From: Girardia tigrina
Lineage: Eukaryota
Assembly (NCBI GenBank): GCA_001938485.1
Contig: MQRK01247653.1
Coordinates: 1-57,124 of the forward strand
DNA length: 57,124 nt
Direction: 5' to 3'
Shown: positions 50,676-57,124 of the stretch, one piece after another
How the letters are laid out: the number at the start of each line of letters is the position of its first letter
How positions within the stretch are numbered: position 1 is the stretch's first letter
Translations under genes and position numbers: made by a program
The notes under the pieces: model-generated
What the model was told of the DNA's origin: nothing
Databases searched by the model: none
What the model saw: only the letters and a program-made list of their open reading frames with translations

Positions 50676-51666
50676 TGTTTGTGGAATTTTCATTTCGTGG
50701 ATAAATTGAGCTTTTAATAATTCAATGATTACAATATTAATCAGTAAATTTTACTAAACGAGTTTATTAAACTTAGATAAACATTTTTTATTTTAGTGTT
50801 AATTTCAGAGTAATTGATAAATAAAATTAAAAGATTTCATAACTTTTGTAAAAATTCATTGCAGTGCAAAAGAATTAAATTTTTAAACTTAAATGTAAAA
50901 TAAAATTTGAATTTTATTAAGAAGAAGATTTGAAAATTTAGTATATGCCTAAATGAAATATATTCTCTGTTTATTTCATATTTTCAAGCGACATAAAGTT
51001 TGCTTAACGTCACGATAGTTACAGATACATTTAAATGATAAAATTTTATTACTAAAGAAAAACAACTTTTTACCGTTCTTACAGAAAAAAATTGAATTAT
51101 TATAACAAAAGAAACATACGTATATATAATTTAACCTATTACTGCGGCCATTCAGACATATTCTAAAAGTTTGTTTTGTCGTACTAAGAGAACTATTCCA
51201 AATGTGAACGAATTCAACCGCGTATCGTTACGCAATATCGATGAAAAAATATTTTTTATATATGAAAATTTGAAATAATATTATTTAAGTTGAATTATTT
51301 AAACGGAAAAAACATGAAATTTTATTCTGTCTCGGAAAACATAAAATCCGCACCGCATCTTAGAGGGTCATTGAGGAGGATGTTGTGGTTATTGGGGCGG
51401 GGTCTCTGTGTTTCATTAGTTTGGGGGTCTTTTTGTGTCTTCTATCAAGATACTTCTTGTGATACATTAACGGCCATATAGCATTGTTTTTGTTCAAGAA
51501 GTTCTTTGTTTTTTTAGTAGAGACATAAGAACATTTTGGGTGAAATTACTTCTTAAAATGCTTCTGCTAGTTCTTAAAATACGGCTTACATAAATGTGTA
51601 TAGTATAACTAAATGCTTGATATAAGTGACGAAGAAGAAAAATGATTATAATATTTGTAGATAAAA

Positions 51667-53081
51667 TGACAGATTGGATCGAGGACAAATTGAAGGATCT
51701 TTGCAAATTGTTGGTGGAGAGACGCTTTACAATAGTGAGTGACGTCAGCGATGATTTAATATGTGGAATTTGTAAAGATATTCTTGTCAATGCTTCTCAA
51801 ACGGTTTGTGGATGTTTGTTCTGTGAGAAATGTATTGATAAATACGTGGGGTACAATGCTGTCGGTTGTCCTGGAAACACGGATGAGTGTAAATCGAGCA
51901 GACTATCGAAGATAATGGTTGATTACAGAAGAAATCTGATGATATCGCGTCTCATCGTGAGGTGCAACAAGGAAGACTGTCGCTTCGAGTGTAAACTGAT
52001 GGAAATGAAGAACCACTTGGAAGACTGCTCAACTGAAACAATTGAATGTCCATTTATGATTGTCGGATGTGCGAAGGAGAGACTGAGTAATGATAGAATG
52101 AATGAGCATTTACAAAGAGACAGTCTCAATCATAACAAACTGTTGTTAGATATGGTAAACGATTTGAGAAGTGAGATTCGAGAATTGAGAGAGAATGACG
52201 AGAAAAGAAAATCTGAAATAGAAAACCTAAAAGAAAAGATAACTCTGAACGAAAAGGAATTACAAATATTAAAATATAAAGACGAAAGAAAGAGAACTGT
52301 GATCGAGAGATGCAAAAGTGCGATTGGCTCACCGCAGGAAAATACGGAAAAGAGGATCGAACTCGATTATCCGGTTGCCCTAAAAATTCTGAAAACAAAA
52401 GAATCCAATAATGATAAATTGAAAATGGATTTTGAAAATTTCCAAATTAAATTAACAAATTTCATCGAAGATATGCGAAAGATTAAAGTAAGCGAATTCG
52501 AGAATGAGCGGAACATAGAGCAAGTCAAAGGGAATGTTGAAAGGTACATCAAGGAAACTCAACAGTTGAAACAAAGATTACCAGAAATAATTGCAAAAAG
52601 TCATTCGAGTACTTCTGCGGTTGGAGAAGACGAATTCAATAATTTGTGTACGAGAGTAGCTGAGTTGGAAGATTATTTGGATGTGGAGGACGGCGTGTTT
52701 CTGTGGCACACTGGAGTGATAGATGGGTTAGGGAGTTTATGCAACAAAAATTACTTTTATGACAGAGATAATTTATATAAATTAGGATTAAAATTGGAAA
52801 ATTGTCAAAGTAGTGTAAATATTTGGTTACTCGTCTATAACAAAAATGATAATCGCCGCAGTGACTGGCCTTTCAGGGCCAATGTAAACGTCCGGATCGC
52901 TCACAAGTTTTGTAGAAGTATATGTCTGAGTTTATCTAATATTTGCAGCATCAATCAACCAAGAAATAAAAAATATCATCAAAGTCGTCCTTTTATATTT
53001 TCGAAGTCTGACTTGCGGAATATTGGAATACCGACGAACCAATCGGTTTGTGTCGTCGAATGCGACGTAGACCTTCTATAA
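51667..53081 (+). CDS. TRAF-like protein: RING, TRAF-type zinc finger, coiled coil and divergent MATH/TRAF-C domain; intronless
   Basis: 'LICGICKDIL..QTVCGCLFCEKC..CPG', 'L.VRC....C......MKNHLEDC', 'CPFMIVGC..MNEH', heptad-rich middle, then 'DGVFLW..YKLGLKL..DWPFRANV'. Start may be 51642 or 51667. Confidence 0.9.
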
Positions 53082-55126
53082 CCAAACGGAACATTCACAG
53101 CATATAGTACAGAGGTGATGAATTATATTCCAAACATTTGGTTTCCTTCTAAATACGATCTTTATTTTCTTTGTTTATGGCTGTATCTTTTTAGATTAAT
53201 TGATTTCAATTGAAACCTTTGTTTAATATTCAATTTTTTATGTCAAATATTTTTATATTTTAAAATTATACTAAGTATTATTTTCACATAAAAGTAATTT
53301 ATTATTGATAAAATAGTATATATAATTATAATCCACTTTGGTTAATTTGTTTTGGTAGGAAATCTTAAAGTAGTCTGGCATTTGTGCAGGTGTTCAAGAA
53401 TAATTTTCACACCATACTTTCCTTTTTAATTACCTTTTAATCTCTTAACAATCTTCCAATTAAGCGATCGATTTGAGCGATCACGACATGAACAATTCAT
53501 TTTGGGTCTCAGAGTGGACTATCGGATGTCGAATTGATGGCCCCACCGAATTAGCCATCATCCAAGATGGGACCGATCGCCACATGAATGGCGATACTGC
53601 ATGGGGAATTCTGGCGGACGGGGTAGAAAGCCAATACAACTTTCATAAACAACTGCATGATGTGTTGGCGACCTCGACGTCCAGCCTATTCCGGAACATT
53701 TAAGAGATCCTGGTTGCCACAGCTCGGTCCGGTAGACAGCACTTCAATGAGTTATAAAAGTAGAACTGTTTTATTTTTATTTTGACTTTTTCAAAATTAA
53801 TTTATTTATTGTTCTAATTCTATATTCTTCATTTTTGTTAAGTTTTATAAGTGAAATTATTTTCGTCGAAGATTTCGCTTTTTCTACAGTTAACCAATGT
53901 ATTTTTATGTCTGAATATCTGCTTCTAGGAATCGTTAAATGTGCAATTTTAACTATTTCAACTTATTCCTGAAATCAGCAAGATATTGTAGTAGCAAAAA
54001 ATTCTGATTTCAACAACAATTTTCATGAGCCAGGGTGGTTCAATATATTAAAAGTTTTACGTGACATCAACTCGGCATTAGAATTTTCAATTATTTTTTG
54101 TATTTTAGGTTCATATCTGTACTGGATAAATTAGTTATTGAGATCTGCAATAGCGCTGTTTAAGGTTTTCTTATTTCATGGATAAACATATTTGCCTTAC
54201 GGTTGTTTCTCAAAGTAAATAGCTTCTCTTATAAATAATCATATTGTCCTTTATATCGACAAAAATTATGCATTACTAATAACTATTTCACATTATCACA
54301 ATATCGGTTCTTAAAGTCTAGAAATTCTAGAATCGGACTGAAAGGACTTTATAACTTCCAATTTGGACAGGTCTGTCTGTATTCCTTTATCATAAATTAT
54401 GTGATATAAAGCTTTTATCTCTTTATTCAAGGTTTATTCTTTACGCATATAAAGACACCTTATCGGACCATGATCAAAGTTATTCATGAGCTCAAAAAAG
54501 AAAGATTTCAAAAAACTTACAGTATAGCAGGAAATCAACTGGAATGTGAAGAAGAACACTAATCAACCGTGTCGAGCAAAGACTTTCAATACCACTTTTA
54601 CTATAAACCTTCCAAGACAGCTGGCTGGATGAAACTCAAACTAACAAACGACAATATATTTATATATTATTATTTATATACAAATATTTTTATATAGAAT
54701 GAGACCATAATTTGTTTAATAAGAGTGAATAGGAATCTGAATACATACTGTAGGTTAGACTGCTCTATCGACTGAGCGCAAAATTATTTTTATAAAATTA
54801 TTATTTATTGCCTTTTATTTTAATTAATCTCTATTTCATTCTCGAACAATATTTCAGCGCAGCAATTGTTGAATACGAAATCCATGAAATCAGTGTTTTG
54901 AATTTAAATGAACAATTATTTGAATGACAATTTTACTACTGTGATTTCTTTTTTTACTTACTTGTATATAAGAAATATGATGAAAAGGAAATATTTAAAT
55001 TAATAAATAATAAGAAGAGAAAACTAAATTAAATAAAAGCAAAAAAGATTTAAATTAAAGAACATATTTAGATTTTAGATCGGGTCGATCCGCTCTTTGA
55101 TCGGTGCCGGGCCACATAATTGTGTT

Positions 55127-57010
55127 TAGGGCATCCAATACCGGTAAAATTTTTCAATACCGGTATTTCGGTACTGATAAATTTCAATACCAGTACTACC
55201 GGTATAATACCAGTATTGAAAATAAAAAAAATAATTAAAATATGAATAAAATCTCGAATAAATAGTACAAATTTACAGTAATTCAATAAACTTTTTTATT
55301 TTATATCAAAATTACGAGTTTTCTTTCATTTTGTGCTTTTTTTCTCCTTTGTAAAATATGCCCGTAAGAAACAAAGAGTATCCAGAGTGTCATCCTCAAG
55401 AGATGATCGTAATTTGGTGACAAAGTTGCCACTTGCCGAAAATCCACGTTCCGATTCGACACTTGTTGGCTTTATTGTTTTCAAGTATTCATATGAGTTT
55501 TTCAAATATGTTCCACTTCCTCAAGTGCCTTCTTCGAAAACTGCAATCTCCTTGAGGATTTTTTTTGATAAGTATTTCGAAACGTTTGATCTCCCCTTAT
55601 TTTTACAATTCTTATCATTCAAAATTATCATGTCAAGCTTTTCTTTCAATGACAAGTTTGGAGTGCAGTTAACAGAATCGCTATCAGATGAAAATCTGGT
55701 GTAAAGGAGATACTCGTCTGCTCGCTGATTGAGCCGCTCATTCAGTCGAACTATGGCGTTTACAATAGCTAATTTGCTAAGGTGCTCAAAATCCAGCTCT
55801 GGATCCAAATTCTCGTATCGTTGATGGCCATTGTGCAGATAGTGCTGCAAGCTAGAGAAAGATGTCCGGTGCTCATTTGTTCGTCGTACCAATGCAGCTT
55901 TCAATTTAAGAGCTAATTCCGTGTCTCCAAGGTTATTTACTGCAAAGAACACAAATTCGGCTAATAAAAATATATTTAAATTAAATGATTTAAATTTCTG
56001 ATAAGGGAACGTGAATCTGGCCGGTTGACATAGGAACTGTCTGCTGAATTCTGAGTTAAAAGGGTCGTTAACAAAGATACTTGTTTAGACAGCTCTTCGA
56101 CTGTAGAACAAAGGTNNNNNNNNNNNNNNNNNNNNNNNNNNNNNNNNNNNNNNNNNNNNNNNNNNNNNNNNNNNNNNNNNNNNNNNNNNNNNNNNNNNNN
56201 NNNNNNNNNNNNNNNNNNNNNNNNNNNNNNNNNNNNNNNNNNNNNNNNNNNNNNNNNNNNNNNNNNNNNNNNNNNNNNNNNNNNNNNNNNNNNNNNNNNN
56301 NNNNNNNNNNNAGCGATGGTTCTTGAGAGAAATTTTGATGCTGAGGTATTGCCCAGTGTTTGAGGTTGGAAATATTTTTTAAATATTTCTGATTGAGATG
56401 GACTGTAATTACTGAAAATAACATCTTTCAGCTCTTCATAAGGCTGAGAAGAATTGAGACATTTGACAACACTGGATCCGAGTTTCTGGAGGAGTTCAGA
56501 AGGGAGATTGCTGAGGAGATACTTGGCCATTGTTGAAGAATTGTGATTTTGTTGAATGAGAATTCGAAGATTGTGAACCAAGAAAGGGGCGTANNNNNNN
56601 NNNNNNNNNNNNNNNNNNNNNNNNNNNNNNNNNNNNNNNNNNNNNNNNNNNNNNNNNNNNNNNNNNNNNNNNNNNNNNNNNNNNNNNNNNNNNNTAAAAA
56701 TATATTTAAATTAAATATAGATTGGGTACAAAAACCATTTAAATTTGGAAATCTCCCCCTTTTATATGAAGGCAATATTATATAATATGCCCCGGGGTCA
56801 GTTCATGCAATTGAAATTGACCTTGCAATTGCACATTCCGGTGATGTGATGACATATGAAATCACCGGAATTTGAACTCTAGTTATGTCATAAGATTTGA
56901 CATCATTGGAGTTCAATATTACTGAATGTGGTGAGATATGACATCACCACATTTACCATAAACAATAATGTCGTGTCGGCTTACAACAGGATTGCATCGT
57001 TTCGGCACTG
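55127..57010 (-). mobile_element. hAT transposon remnant (3' terminus at 55127) interrupted by an LTR element
   Basis: Terminus TAGGGCATCCAATACCGGTA with ATACCGGTA subterminal repeats. 'LKTIKPTSVESERGFSASG..TKLRSSLEDDTLDTLCFLRAYF'. The reading 'ADTTLLFMV|NNLGDTEL' is continuous across 55941-56951. Confidence 0.88.
55941..56951 (-). mobile_element. Internally deleted Gypsy-type LTR element (LTR, gag, ~45-bp remnant of the second LTR)
   Basis: TG...CA termini with exact 5-bp TSD TTTAC. TAAAAATATATTTAAATTAAAT occurs at ~55965 and ~56695. Gag-like 'PYEELKDVIFSNYSPSQSE..QTLGNTSASKFL'. Confidence 0.85.
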
Positions 57011-57124
57011 TTGGGAACGTTCATAAAATATAAAATTTTTGTATTTTATCAATTTATTAAACAAACAATTAAATTCCGTAAAATATTGTTATAGATATGA
57101 TAAAATAAGATTTCAGAAATTTAA

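Noticed and set aside
53473-53755. 76-aa ORF with a slight PIF/Harbinger 'IG.IDG' resemblance
   Set aside because: Single weak motif with no termini; cannot be assigned.

Overview
Very AT-rich eukaryotic (metazoan) genomic DNA with spliceosomal introns, dense transposon debris and assembly gaps. The 45-63 nt introns alongside multi-kb introns, a USP gene and a divergent TRAF suggest a planarian-like flatworm (inference only). The backbone is a 7-exon MATCAP/KIAA0895-like (DUF1704) tubulin-tail metallocarboxypeptidase gene on + (~8981-43463, ~417 aa). The ORF track shows it only as scattered fragments, but it reassembles with consistent GT-AG phases. Its large introns hold decayed intronless katanin-p80 and sideroflexin copies, an intronless protein built from tandem helix-turn-helix repeats, Penelope-like retroelements with minimal hammerhead ribozyme motifs, and many mariner/Tc1, hAT and Gypsy remnants. 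Outside it lie a GC-rich 2-exon universal stress protein gene (-), an intronless TRAF-like gene (+), and BEL/Pao, Gypsy, IS630-Tc1 and hAT elements. No CRISPR array, rRNA or tRNA is supported. All homology calls come from motif recognition, not database searches.
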